Source: Squalus acanthias
Taxonomy: Eukaryota
Length of the DNA stretch: 64,000 nucleotides
Direction of reading: 5' to 3'
Assembly (NCBI GenBank): GCA_030390025.1
Contig: CM059431.1
Location: 114,764,001-114,828,000 of the forward strand
Positions 1-12,971 of the stretch are shown here, one piece after another (the stretch's first letter is position 1; each line of letters begins with the position of its first letter). Position numbers and translations under genes: made by a program. The notes beneath the pieces were generated by a model. It ran no database searches, was not told the DNA's origin, and worked only from the letters and a program-made list of their open reading frames with translations.

Positions 1-1650
1 TATGTAATGTTCCAACCTTACAAATGCCGCAGATAGAAATCCCTTCAAATTAGCCAAAGAGGCGGCACTACAGGAATAGAATGATCTTCAAGATCCACCA
101 AGGATTAAAGGTCATGTTCCACCAGGAAATAAGGATCGCTGCTACTCATGTTGCTAACCGCTTAGTAATAGGTTCACCCAAGGCTTTGTTACCAAATGAC
201 ACAACTGCCTAAATTAATCTTTTTGCCATGTCGTGTTAAAATTTTAGCAGCATGTACAACCAAAAAGTGATCTTCAAAAGGAAACACGAGAAGGTTGACA
301 GAACTTGTGCACCATATTCTCAACATTAAAAGAAATAGGAATGTTGAGCCCTGTGGACTGTCCTTCCCACATGCTATCTATCACAAATGGCAAATCTTAG
401 TCATGGTGCAATCTTTCCCATCCTCTTTCAAATCTTGGCACTGGGGCATGAAACAGCCATTACACAGATCTGGAGTAAACTCTCAGAACTCAATTCACCA
501 ATTCATACAGATAGGATATGATCATAAGCATGCCATACGACAGTGAATTAAAGTGGATTTTGTGGCATAAGTGAACAAAATACTCCCAGTCTTGTGATCC
601 TCCAGATGCCAACAACAACTACCAGTGGCTGCTAGAAAGTTTAACTTTTCAACATCCACACATTCAGTGGCGAGCTCTGGCAGCTGCTGGGACAAGTCTG
701 GAGACGTTCTCACAAGTGATTTTGATGAGCTGACATCCAAAGCCAGAAGCTCCAAGAACCAAGTCTCCCCTGCACAGAGGCACATGGAGACCATCATCAC
801 CTCCTCGCAATTCTCTGAAGGATGATATTCAGGGAAATTGATGAATGTGTACAAGAATCCCCACTCTATAAATCTGCCCAGGACCACAAGGGGCTACAAT
901 GGCAGGAGTCACAGAAAGTCTTACAATCAGGACCATGAAAAACAGCCACTGGCATGAAGCCCAAAATGATTTTTTTTTTAAATTTGTTTATGGGATGTGG
1001 GCGTCGCTGGCAAGGCCAGCATTTATGGCCCATCCCTAATATTATGTAGAATAATTATGTACAACTAAGCCTACAACTTTGATTCCAACTGGATCTTGGC
1101 ACACAATGCATACATCACATCTTCAGGGAGATAACATTCTCTCTCCCATCAGAAACTAGACTCCTACAAATGACCAGCTATGTTTAACAGTTGAGATTTC
1201 TCTAAAATAATTAAAAGTCCCTCAACGTGAGAACAGTTCTATGATCTACCACTCTCCTCCACTTCCTTCAAAAATGACTGCATGTCAGCCACACATGGAA
1301 TTTCTCATGCCCAGAAAAGTCTCAAAAACTAAGCCATTTCATGAAGACCCAAGTGCTTAAGTGAGACTGAATAGTATTACCCTGAATTGGTAATGAACTC
1401 CACCAATTATTACTTAACATGGGCAGATACTAATACACAGAACACATCCTTCAAATTCACTACAGCTAGCTAGTCTCCAGACTGCACTGCTTGAATAATC
1501 GGTAGAAGAGTTACTATCCTTTATTTCTTCATGAAAACATTTAGACCCACATTAACGAGTGGGTAAAAGATTCTCAGAGCAACTTGTAGCACAAGGTCAA
1601 AAAGTTTCCAGCATCAGATTAAACTGGATTTTTGGCAACTAAAAAACCCC
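1..1650 (-). mobile_element. Decayed DIRS-type (tyrosine recombinase) retrotransposon
   Basis: Minus-strand fragments in DIRS order: RT (VTLLPIIQAVQSGD*LAVVNLKDVF; HYQFRVILFSLT*A.WVFMK), RNase H (WFLELLAL), YR (SFGNKALGEPITKRLAT*V; HS...SAASLANLKG/ISICGICK). Confidence 0.62.
965..1040 (-). mobile_element. Short 3'-tail fragment of LINE family B inserted in the DIRS relic
   Basis: Reverse complement of the tail at 11696-11765 (GGGATGGGC..AAA.GCTGGCCTTGCCAGCGACGCC..ATCCCATAAAC + A-rich). Confidence 0.75.
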
Positions 1651-2068
1651 CAAAAGACAGCCAACTTGAGAGTCTGGAGAAGCTTGTGGGGGCAGGGGAG
1701 AAACATTAACATATGAATGTTAAAAGAGTAATAGTCAAAGTTACACTGCAGTTTTGGAGTGAATAATTAGTGGGGGAAAACATTTTCAACGGAGAGAACA
1801 GCAGAGAGCTCCTCCTGACGAGAGGAACAAAACAAATGCCAGTCTCAGCAGGTTATACTTCTGCTCAGCGAAGAGGTCATCTCATTAAAATGGAGGGAAT
1901 TTGAGAAGGCAATTGCTCTGTAGAGAAATACGTGTAGCATCACATGGTCTGTGGAGGCTGAATGAATAGTAGGGTCTGTACCAGAACTGGTAAATTGCAA
2001 CAGAAATAATACTTTTGTTACGAATTCAAATATTTAATGATTGTTAAACAAACCTTTACTGTACATAC

Positions 2069-2209
2069 CTGAATGCTGGCTATGGGAATGACCTGAGTTT
2101 GTGTGGGTTCCAAATTTCCTTGTGGTAGAGGCCCCAGTCTGTCCTTCACAGATTGTTTGACAACTGTGAAAGAGGATTGCTTAACTGGCTGTTGCAGTCC
2201 ACAAACCAC
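2069..2209 (-). CDS. RBM26: RBM26 exon 13 (VVCGLQQPVKQSSFTVVKQSVKDRLGPLPQGNLEPTQTQVIPIASIQ); gene continues left of window
   Basis: TTTTAAG| acceptor, CAG|GTATGT donor; 141 nt; VVKQSVKDRLGP motif; exact boundaries have in-frame alternatives. Confidence 0.85.
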
Positions 2210-3289
2210 CTTAAAAAAAGACAAGTGGAAAAAAATGATAACAGCCTAGAAAATAAAGATAATGTTACTAACTTGAACTCCAAAGACATACTTCAAATTC
2301 GGTTATAAGTATACCTTAATGATCACTCTACATTATAACAATTGCTCTACATTAGACAAATAGCTGACATTTAATCACCGGCAAAGGGTTACATTTCGCA
2401 CTTTGAATGTTATCACGTCTATTTATGAACCTTACGTCAGATCACCAGATCCATATCCAATATCTACAGCTATACAGCTGGAATACGGTGAATTGGTAGA
2501 AACAGCAATTTTGCCCTTTGCTGTTGGTGATTTTGTGTCAATGCAAGGGATGTTGACACCGTGGTATAGAATACTTTCCTCGTTTCAGGCACCCACTGTC
2601 TATCTCAAGCACTCCTGGGTTAGGTATAGCATATATAATAAGAGTTCATTCCACTCTTCCCAGACAAAATACTTCAACCACAAATTCAGTAGTACACCCC
2701 TAATTCCGCAGCGCTTCTCACATGATACATTATCCAACCTCTGACTGAGGGAACAGATTTGTGCTGTGACCCAATGTCTATATTTCATCCAAGCCAGTCT
2801 GCGCTGTTTTCAAACTTGCTCTCAATATTACATTTCAAAATGGTTCCTTGTTAAAAAAATTATGTGGGCTCTTGACAGCTCAGCAATTAAGTGAGGCATT
2901 TAGACCAAGACCACCACAGATTTTATCCTCAATTCATAGTTAACATCTAAATCGATCGGATGGTAGAGGCACTGTCCTATTTTACCCCTGCGACTAGGAT
3001 GGGACAGAAAGGGTGGGGGGGAAATGTGGTCATGTTTCTTTACCCTGACCACAATCCCTGCTTGAAGTGCATGTATGGGCATCAGGTGAAAACAGCATTA
3101 GGCTCCCCTATGATAAAATAGCCTCACTTACTGCTGAGGCTTACTTGGACCAGGTACTGAAGGATGACTGACACCCAATGAACCATGCCCCAGCAAGGAG
3201 CCGATAGCTTAAATGGAGAAAAAAATATATATATACTGTTTTAAAGAAAGTTACACATGCGCAGCATGAGATTTTAACCAATTAAAGAT

Positions 3290-4440
3290 TTCAGTAGATG
3301 AAAACAGTGGAATCAGAAGTTGGTAGGCAAATCAGTAACTGAATAGGAGGCTTCAAAGAAGAGATGGTTCAGGTACAGAGCAGACACATTCCTATGAGGA
3401 GGAAAGGGTATCCAAAGCTGGATGACTAAAGATTTAGAGGTTAAAACGAGATAGAAAAAGGCTTACGACAATTGTAAGGTTCATAATGCAGTAGAGAACC
3501 AAGCTGAATATCGAAAGTACAGAGGAGATCTAAAAAAGGGAATAAGAGGGGCAGAGAGAGAGAGTACGAGAATAGATTAGCAGCTGAAAGGGAAGAGTTA
3601 TTTGATGAAGTAATGGAGAGGGTTGATGAGGGTAATGCGGTTGATTTTGTGCATATGAACTTTCAAAATGCGTCTTGACGAAATACCACAATAGATTTGT
3701 TAGCAAAATTAAAGCCCATGGGATTAAAGGGACAGTGGCAGCATGGATACAAAATTGGCTAAGGGATAGAAAGCAGAGTGTAGTGAACGGTTGTTTTCAG
3801 ACTGGAAGTAAATATACAGCGGTGTTCCCTAGGGGTTGGTATGAGGACCACTGCTTTTTTTGATATATTTTAATAAGCTGGACTTGGCTACACAGGCCAC
3901 AATTTCAAAGTTTGCAGATGATACAAAACTCAAATGTAGTAAACAATGAAAAGGATAACAGACTTCAGGAGGACATAGACAGACTGGTAAAATGGGCAGA
4001 CATGTGGCTGATGAAATTTAACGCAGAGAAGTGTGAAGTGATACATGTTGGTAGGAAGAATGAAGAGCAACGTTCCTTTTAAGCTGCACGGCCCTCTGGA
4101 GATCCCGTGCAGCCGGATCACCGGCTTTTAAATGGGAAACACCGCCTATGCGCAGTATTTTTAATGGGCCGCGCACCCAAAAAATAAATTAAAGGGAACA
4201 TTGATGGAGAGGCAATATGAACTAAACAGTACAATTTTAAAGGGGGTACAGGAACAGAGCCCCGAGGATGTATGTACACAAATCTTTGAAGGTGGCAGGC
4301 CAAGATGAGGAGGCTGTTTTAAAAAAAAAAGCATATGGAATCCTTGGCTTTATTAATAGAGACAGTAAAACACTGGTTAGGCCTCAGTTGGAGTACTGTG
4401 TTCAATTCTAGGCACCACACTTTAGGAAGGATGTCAAGGC
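3290..4440 (+). mobile_element. Decayed CR1 LINE ORF2 fragment
   Basis: Frameshifted RT motifs ([25 protein letters not shown]); interrupted by MITE at 4068-4203. Confidence 0.85.
4068..4203. mobile_element. hAT-type MITE, 136 bp
   Basis: TIRs CAACGTTCCTTTTAA / TTAAAGGGAACATTG; 8-bp TSD ATGAAGAG (4060-4067) / ATGGAGAG (4204-4211). Confidence 0.8.
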
Positions 4441-5371
4441 CCAGAAAATTCGCACCAAGGGACATTATTGAGACAAAAGAGGAAGTTTCATTCTGCAACT
4501 GAATGTACTGTACCTGACCCCAAGAGTACTTGATGCCCATAATGAAATATCAAAATGGTAACATTTTACATTCTCTACCACCAACATCTTTGCCTTGAAC
4601 ACACAAAAGTAAAGTTGATCATTTGGAAGTGGGCGGAGTCTTAGTCCGAGAAAGGAAACGTTAGGTGGAGTTATATTAGCTTCAGACCATGTGAACAACG
4701 TTGGTATTTTGTGCAAGGGGAAATAACCAACTGTCATCTTCCTGGACTATATTTCTAGCAGCCCTATCATCATGATTTTATCACATTGTGAAAGTATGAA
4801 GCCTTAAGGACCACATGCAAAGTTTAAATGCATGTGGTCATTAATTTGCAGATCTTAAGCTACAGATACTAACCGATCCTGATGTTTTAATTTAGGATTT
4901 ATCCACCAATGAGGCAAGAGCACTGAAAACAGCACTTTCCAAACCACAAACAGGACAAACCAGCAGATAAATACAAGCACAATAGGGCGGAGTTGCTTGG
5001 GTTTGAAGACTCTGATCTATAATGCTGAACATATGCAACATTGTCTCATCCTTCCAAGGCTTGTCGATTGCTTCCTGTAGAACCACAGGAGGTGGCCATT
5101 TGACTAATCATGCGCGCCGTCTTTACTATAGCAATCCAAAACTATATTATCCTGCATGTTATTCTGCTTCAAATGTTTTATCAGGGAAAATAATGAAGCA
5201 AGACAATATAGTATATGTGGTAGCGCTGCATGTGATCCACTAGGCACACTACAGACATTTCATCTATAAAATTAGATTAACAATTGGCATTCTAATATTA
5301 AAACCTAAAAATTGTATTGCCTCACTTGCTACAACCAAACTAAACAGTACACAGAAAAATGTAGTCACTAC

Positions 5372-5536
5372 CTTTTGATTTGCAGTCGTCTTTTGCTGAG
5401 AATTGCTTTCCCGATGCCAGTATACCTTGATGAATCGATTATTGAGCACTGCTTCTGTACTCGAGATTGCTCTCTTTGCTTCTTCATGCATGGCAAACTG
5501 AATAAGGGCACCCTCTAGATCACCTTGATAAGCAAC
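5372..5536 (-). CDS. RBM26: RBM26 exon 12 (VAYQGDLEGALIQFAMHEEAKRAISSTEAVLNNRFIKVYWHRE...NQK), RRM1 C-half
   Basis: TTTTTCCAAG| acceptor, AAG|GTAGTG donor; 165 nt. Confidence 0.96.
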
Positions 5537-7568
5537 CTTGGAAAAAGTCAATCAATACATTTAAAATGAATTTTAGCCTCCTCATAAATCACAATACAGA
5601 TCAAAAAAGTCACACGGTTTTCCCAGCACTCAACATCAGCAGATGCTTGCATAATCTAAGCACTCAAGCAGGCAACTAGACTACCTGGGCCACATCAATC
5701 GATAGGGATTTCTTTCCCTCTTCTTGCTAGAACTCCACATGTCCTCCTCCACCGTGCTGCCCTCCTAATGGTGAAGTCCCTTCCCTCTCCACCCTTGTTT
5801 TCCTAGCACTGCTCCATTCTGCAGTGACGAAATCAAGAATCACAACTAGTAGGCAAGGACTGTCTCTGCTTCCCCCCTGCTTCAAAATCAGTCTACAAGA
5901 GAAAGGAAGGGAAAAGAGAAAAGGAGAACGGAAAAGTTTTCAAAATATAATTGACATATTAAACCAAAGTCATCTTTGCCAGTTCAACTGGATGTTAAAG
6001 ATCGCACTATTCAAAGAGCAAGGAGTTCAGAGACTGGCGTTCTACAGTCCTTGCCAACATTCTTACCATCAAACACTACCAAAAACAGATTCACTGATCA
6101 TTCATCTCATTAATGCTTGTGGGAATCCTGCTGTGTTGTGCCGACAAATCAACAATCCTTGGATTTCAAAATAATTCTAGTATTGTGCAGGATATGATCT
6201 TGAAAGGAGAAGACTTGCACTATGTACATAATTATACTGCTTCCACCATCATAACCTGGACAGAAACATTACTCTATCATTAGCACTCATTTTGAAACGG
6301 GCTTTAAATCACTGTTGACGATAATTGCAAACAAAAGGTTCCTCTGTCTGCTATTTTAACAAAACTTTTTTTAAACTGATGAAAACCTAATACTTTATTA
6401 AAATAGCAGACAAATGAATGTCAAATACATTTGGTTGGAATAACTTATAACCTAATTTACTGAATAGCACATGCTGTATTACATTTTACCACATGGTGGA
6501 GACTACCTTCAGTGACAACTATAGTACAAGATTATAGTGGCACCTGCTGGCAGCAAGAAACTCATTTCAGCTGAAATAGTTCATACAACACACGTGACTA
6601 GAAATGTTCTGGAAAAAAGTTTACAAAGTTGCAAGAAAATTATGCCAAGTTAACAAACAAAAGCTAGACATTCAAGATTTGTTTCAAAATTTAGAAGATA
6701 CTTGAAATGTTGCATGGTTTTTCTCTCTCCCTCTGCATGGCTCTGCACAAATTATCTTGAATCAACTGTAATTTTTAAATCGAATAAAACAGCAACTTTC
6801 AAAGTTTGCATTCCTGACTGCAGATAGTTATTTCCATGCAAACTGACCACACAATATGCCCTTAACCAACAGTAGCACCTGGAATGAGAAATATTGCAAT
6901 GTAAAATGCATTCTTATCAAAAACAACTGCAAGAGAAACATGCAACTTTCAACATTCAGTGAAGGGAAAAAAAAACATTTACCACAGAGTGATTTTAAGA
7001 TTCCTTATGTATTCAAAAAAGCAGAATGAATGTGACTCTGAAAACAAGACCAGAAGGTCACAACCCAGACAAGCTCTATTTTCTACTTTACCCATCGTTT
7101 CAACATTAAATACTATTCTTTGGGAAGGGATTTACTTTACCTCTAATGCCAGAATTCACTTGGAGACCACATTCTGGTCTGTGGACAAAATTTGTTGAAT
7201 AAATTCAGATGCGCCTGTTATTAGCCATTAAGATTATATGCTTTGAAACCTACTGTAAAATCTGGGGCGTGACCCAGCCCCGTATTGAAGTATGACACAA
7301 GATGTGACTTGGAGTAAAGTGTGTATCTCTTTTTTTTAAATTACAACTTTATCATGATAATTTATGTTTAAACAGAAAGGTCAAGTCAAGCTTGATTACT
7401 CGTCACTCACTTTAAATTAACAGCTAGAATGGGTTGTCAGAAGAGGTAGTTAGGCCAAGGCACTAGACTCATTTAATAACCAACTTGGGCTGTAATGGGA
7501 AGACATTGGATTGGTATACTGAAAGCAGGAGTTGTAATGTCCCCAAGTGCCTTCTTTATCTAATTAGA

Positions 7569-10496
7569 ATTAAACATACCAGGTTATTTAACGATCAGGA
7601 AGGACAGGCAGGAAGGAAGGGGAGGTGGGGTGGCTATGTTAATAAAGGAAGGAATCACTGTAATACAGAGAAATGATATTGGGTCAAAAGATCAGGATAA
7701 TGAAACAGTTTGGGTGGAGATAAGGAATAATAAGGGGAAAAAAACCACTAGTGGGCGTAGTCTATAGGCCTCCGAATAGTTGCAACTCTGTTGGACGGAG
7801 TATCAATCAGGAAATAGTTGAGGCTTGTAATAAGGGAACATCTATAATTATGGGGGATTTTAACTATCATATTAATTGGACAAATCAAATTGGGCAGGGC
7901 TGCCTTGAGGATGAGTTCATTGAGTGCATTAGGGATGGGTTTCTTGAGCAGTATGTAACTGAACTGACCAGGGGGCAAGCAACCTTAGATCTGGTCCTGT
8001 GTAATGAGACAGGATTAATTAAAAATGTCCTAGTAAAGGATCCCCTTGGAATGAGTGGCCATAACATGGTTGAATTCCATATTCAATTAGAGGGTGAGAA
8101 GGTTGGATCTCAAACAAGCGTGCTAAGCTTGAATAAAGGAGACTATGAAGGTATGTGAGCGGAATTCAGTAGAGTGGATTGGGAAAATAGATTAAAGGGT
8201 AAGACGATACATGATCAGTGGTGTACATTTAAGGAGTTATTTTACAACTTCCAAAAAATATATATTCCACTGAGAAGAAAAGGGTGTAAAAGAAAAGACA
8301 GTCATCCGTGGCTAAGTAAAGAAATTAAGGATAGTATTCGACTAAAAACAAGGGCTTATAAAGGTAGCCAAATCTAGTGGGAGGATAGAGGATTGGGAAA
8401 ACTTTAAAAGACAGCAAAAAAATAACAAAAAGATTGATTAAGAAAGGGAAGATAGATTATGAAAGTAAATTAACAAAAAATATAAAAACAGATAGTAAGA
8501 GTTTTTATAGTTATATAAAAAGAAAAAGGGTGGCTAAAGTAAATGTTGGTCCCTTAGAGGATGAGACCGGGAAATTAATGGTGGGAAATATGGAGATGGC
8601 AAATACACTGAATGAATATTTTGTATCAGTCTTTACAGTAGAGGACACTAAGAATATCCCAACACTGGACAAACAGGGGGCTAGAGGGGGGGGGGGGGGG
8701 GGGGGGGGGAGGAACTAAACACGATCAAAATCACTAAAGAAGTGGTACTCGGTAAAATAGTGGGACTCAAGGCGGATAAATCACCTGGACCTGATGGCTT
8801 ACATCCTAGGGTCGAGAGAAGTGGCGGTAGGGATTATGGATGCATTGGTAATAATTTTCCAAAACTCCCTGGACGCAAAGATCCCGGCAGACTGGAAAAC
8901 TGCTAATGTAACACCCTTATTTAAAAAGGGCAGCAGACAGAAGGCTGGAAACTATAGACCAGTTAGCCTAACATCTGTGGTAGGTAAAATTTTGGAGTCC
9001 ATTATTAAGGAGACAGTAACGGGACATTTGGATAATCATAATTTAATAGGACAAAGTCAGCATGGTTTTATGAAGGGGAAGTCATGTTTGACAAATTTGC
9101 TGGAGTTCTTTGAGGAAGTAACATACAGGGTGGATAAAGGGGAACCAGTAGATGTGGTGTATTTAGACTTCCAAAAGGCATTTGACAAGGTGCCACACAA
9201 AAGATTATTGCTTAAAATAAAAAATCACGGGATTGGGGGTAATATTCTGGCATGGATAGAGGATTGGCGATCTAACAGAAGGCAGAGAGTTGGGATAAAT
9301 GGTTCATTCTCAGACTGGCAATCAGTAACTAGTGGTGTTCCGCAGGGGTCAGTGCTGGGTCCCCAACTCTTTACAATCTATATTAACGATTTGGAGGAGG
9401 GGACCGAGTGTAACATATCAAAGTTTGCAGATGATACTAAGATGGGAAGGAAAGTAGTGAGTGAGGAGGACATAAAAAATCTGCAAGGGGACATAGACAG
9501 GCTAAGTAAGTGGGCAGAGATTTGGCAGATGGAATACAATACTGGAAAGTGTGAGGTTATGCACTTTGGCAGGAAAAATAGTAGAGCAAGTTATTATCTA
9601 AATGGCAAGAAACTGGAAAGTACTGAAGTACAAAGGGATCTGGGGGTCCTGGTGCACGAAACTCAAAAGGTTAGTATGCAGGTGCAGCAAGTGATTAAGG
9701 CGGCCAATGGAATGTTGGCTTTCATTGCTAAGGGGATAGAATATAAAAATAGGGAGGTATTGCTTCAGCTGTACAAGGTATTGGTGAGACCGCACTTGGA
9801 ATACTGCATACAGTTTTGGTGTCCATACTTAAGAAAAGACATACTTGCTCTCGAGTCAGTACAAAGAAGGTTCACTCGGTTAATCCCGGGGATGAGGGGA
9901 TGGACATATGAGGAGAGGTTGGGTAGATTGGGACTCTACTCATTGGAGTTCAGAAGAATGAGAGGCGATCTTATTGAAACATATAAGATTGTGAAGGGGT
10001 TGGATCGGGTGGATGCGGGGAGGATGTTCCCGATGATGGGTGAAACTAGAACTAGGGGGCATAGTCTTAGAATAAGGGGCTGCTCTTTCAAAACTGAGAT
10101 GAGAAGGAACTACTTCACTCAGAGGGTGGTAGGTCCATGGAATATGCTGCCCCAAAAAGCTGTAGAAGCTACATCATTACATAAATTTAAAACAGAAATA
10201 GACAGTTTCCTGGAAGTAAAGGGAATTAAGGGTTATGGGGAGCGGGCAGGAATTTGGACATGAGTCTAGGTTCGGATCGGTCATGGCCCTGTGGGTAGCG
10301 TAGCGGGCCCAGGGGCCGTGTAGCCTGATCCTGCTCCTATTTCGTGTGTCCAATTCTGTTAGGTTCAGGAGATGGTTCTGTGATAGTAGATTGGCAGTTA
10401 GGATCAGATCAGCCATGATCTTATTGAATGGCGGAGCAGGCTCGAGGGGCCAATTGGCCTACTCCTGCTCCTATTTCTTATGTTCTTATGTTCTTA
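7569..10496 (+). mobile_element. 5'-truncated CR1 LINE with most of ORF2 (APE endonuclease + RT); 489-aa open RT stretch 8794-10263
   Basis: [62 protein letters not shown]; tail TTCTTATGTTCTTATGTTCTT; one stop and several frameshifts upstream of 8815. Confidence 0.96.
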
Positions 10497-10734
10497 AACC
10501 CATCTGAGTTTCTCAATGCAAAGTGCATTTTAATCACAAGGTTAAAAATCATTTAACATTGAAGTCATAGGCAAATGAGAAACTAATTCCACAAAGTATG
10601 CAATAAACATCAAGAATGTTTACAGAAACACTCGGTTTTACAAGTATTTTTCATAAACTGGGACATCATGGCAGCTCCCCCCAACTGCTGCCACCAGGGT
10701 CGGGCGATTCATTGTTAGCAGTATGAATCAATAG

Positions 10735-11190
10735 CAAACTCAATCATGGACAATGTACTACCCATTTTTATAAAGGGAGACAGCTAATCCAAGTAATTAC
10801 AGGCTAGTTAGCTTAGCATCTATAGCAGGGAAGATTTTAAGAATCTTTAAGAATAAATTACAATGGATCCAGATAAAAAGAAAATAGTTAGAGGTAGCCA
10901 GCGCGGATTTAAAAATGGACAATCGTGCTTGACAAACCTCATAGAATTCTGAGGATAGTTGGCGAAATTGCAGTGGATATAGTGTACATGAACCTTAGGA
11001 AAGCCTTTGACAAGGTACCACGTGGGAGATTACCAGAGAAGATGAATGGATACGGAACAGGGGGAAGCTTGGCAAACTGGATTAAAAATTGGTTAGAAGG
11101 GAGAAAACTGAGCGAAGGTATGAGAAGCTTTTCATAGCGGTTGAAAGTGGGTAGCTGTGTCCCCAATGGTTCAGTTCAGGTTTGGTTTGC
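10735..11190 (+). mobile_element. Older CR1 RT fragment
   Basis: VDIVYMNLRKAFDKVPRGRL...LANWIKNWL. Confidence 0.8.
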
Positions 11191-11244
11191 AGGTTCAAGG
11201 GAAACCACAACTGCAAATACATTTTTATAAGAAATACCCAAGGA

Positions 11245-11765
11245 TTAACGAGTGTGATGGAATACTCTCCACTTGCCTGGATGAGTGCAGCTCCAACAAC
11301 ACTCAAGAAGCTCGACACCATCCAGGACAAAGCAGCCCGCTTGATTGACACCCCATCCACCACCTTAAACATTCACTCCCTCCACCGTGGCTGCCGTGTA
11401 CACCATCTACAGGATGCACTGCAGCAACTCGCCAAGGCTTCTTCGGCAGCACCTCCCAAACCCGCGACCTCTTCCGCCTAGAAGAACAAGGGCAGCAGGC
11501 GCATGGGAACACCACCACCTCGTTGTTCCCCTCCAAGTCACACACCATCTTGACTTAGAAGTATATCGCCGATCCTTCATCGTCGCTGGGTCAAAGTCCT
11601 GGAATTCCCTACCCAACAGCACTGTGGGAATACCATCACCACACGGACTGCAGCGGTTCAAGAAGGCGGCTCACCACCACCTTCTCAAGGGCAACTAGGG
11701 ATGGGCAATAAAAGCTGGCCTTGCCAGCGACGCCCAGATCCCATAAACGAAATAAAAAAAAAAAT
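11245..11765 (+). mobile_element. 3' end of LINE family B (CR1/L2-clade)
   Basis: SVMEYSPLAWMSAAPTTLKKLDTIQDKAARLI...SKSWNSLP; near-identical to 58365-58900 on the opposite strand; A-rich tail. Confidence 0.88.
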
Positions 11766-12003
11766 AACGGTTCAGTTTGGGATCGGTCACAATGTTAGGT
11801 GCTGAGTGAGCCAATCTAAGCAGGTCAGCAGCTAAGATGCTTCATTTGGACTTGGCATCCCCCAAGCAGGGAACAATTAACCAGTGTTTCCACTCCAGAT
11901 TACTATCCAGCAGCCTCTGCTGCAAAGTGCACAGGTAGACACTGGGTGAAAATAGGACCAGACTCGGCTGTGAAGCCCGTAACAATTTTCTTTGAATTCC
12001 CAC

Positions 12004-12163
12004 CTGCAGATTCACAATTGTTCCAAATTTACTGAAGTGTTCATTGAGCTTGCTGATGTTATTTAACTCCTGTGGAACCTTCCGAAGCTCAAGCTTGGTG
12101 TTTTCAATCCCGTACTGTGGTTTCTTTTGAAATCCTTGGTTATTTGCTTTGTTGAAATTTGGC
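12004..12163 (-). CDS. RBM26: RBM26 exon 11 (PNFNKANNQGFQKK...NTKLELRKVPQELNNISKLNEHFSKFGTIVNLQ), RRM1 N-half
   Basis: TCAACAG| acceptor, CAG|GTGGGA donor; 160 nt; read by hand. Confidence 0.96.
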
Positions 12164-12971
12164 CTGTTGAAACAGTCAGATCAGGTTAGCCTATGTACTC
12201 ATTAAAAGTTAACTGCATAAAACTATTGTCTACATATTTTATATAAATTTGACTGAAGAAAACCGATCCATATGTTGATTTTAAGGTTCAATGTTTTTGG
12301 CAGTTAGTTACTTGGCTTATTTGGATATCCAGACTCATTCGAAGCAGAGTACATTGCTAGGACTAACATTTTGGAACTGGATCTCCAAACAGCCAGGTCT
12401 TCACAGCATTCCTTTTATATAACACCAGTGTCCTGTTTTTAGTTTATAAATAACTGGTTTGAAATGGATTCTACTGCTGGCGCACACCAAGGAGTGCCTT
12501 GCAATAAAGCCTTCAATTTAAGTAGTCTTGGCCTAAAATTAATTATAAAATTCCTCAAACTCACAAAACTCAAGTCCACTTTTTGTGTTGAAATTAAGAC
12601 TCGTGGCACAGCTCAGTATTTGCCAGAATCTCAAAACTGAAAACATATCAACGCCCTCAGTGTTCCTTTCTCTACAAACTAGAGGCTTTTAAAACACTTG
12701 GCATCACCTAGCCACAATTTGATTTCTCTCATCTTCCCCAAATCTTTTTAGTGCCGTATTCTTAAATTTTGGCGCTATCCTAAGGCACCTGTCGCTTCAG
12801 ATTGGCTTCTTATTTTCCCCTCGTCAGTTTTCTCCCTTCCACTCCTGAAGTAGATTCCTTGTTGGGAAACAGCTCAATGGTAACCCACCACCTTCTAGTT
12901 ACTCATGTGGGCACCATTCATTTGTGAGCCGTAACGAATGATTGGCAGGTAGACAGCACTGGAGTGCCAGA

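Noticed and set aside
1815..1830. CTGACGA as a hammerhead core
   Set aside because: No stem II followed by GAAA
8794..10263. 489-aa RT ORF as an active or domesticated gene
   Set aside because: It is the tail of a 5'-truncated CR1 with an upstream stop (8156-8158) and frameshifts; the listed start lies out of the true ORF2 frame
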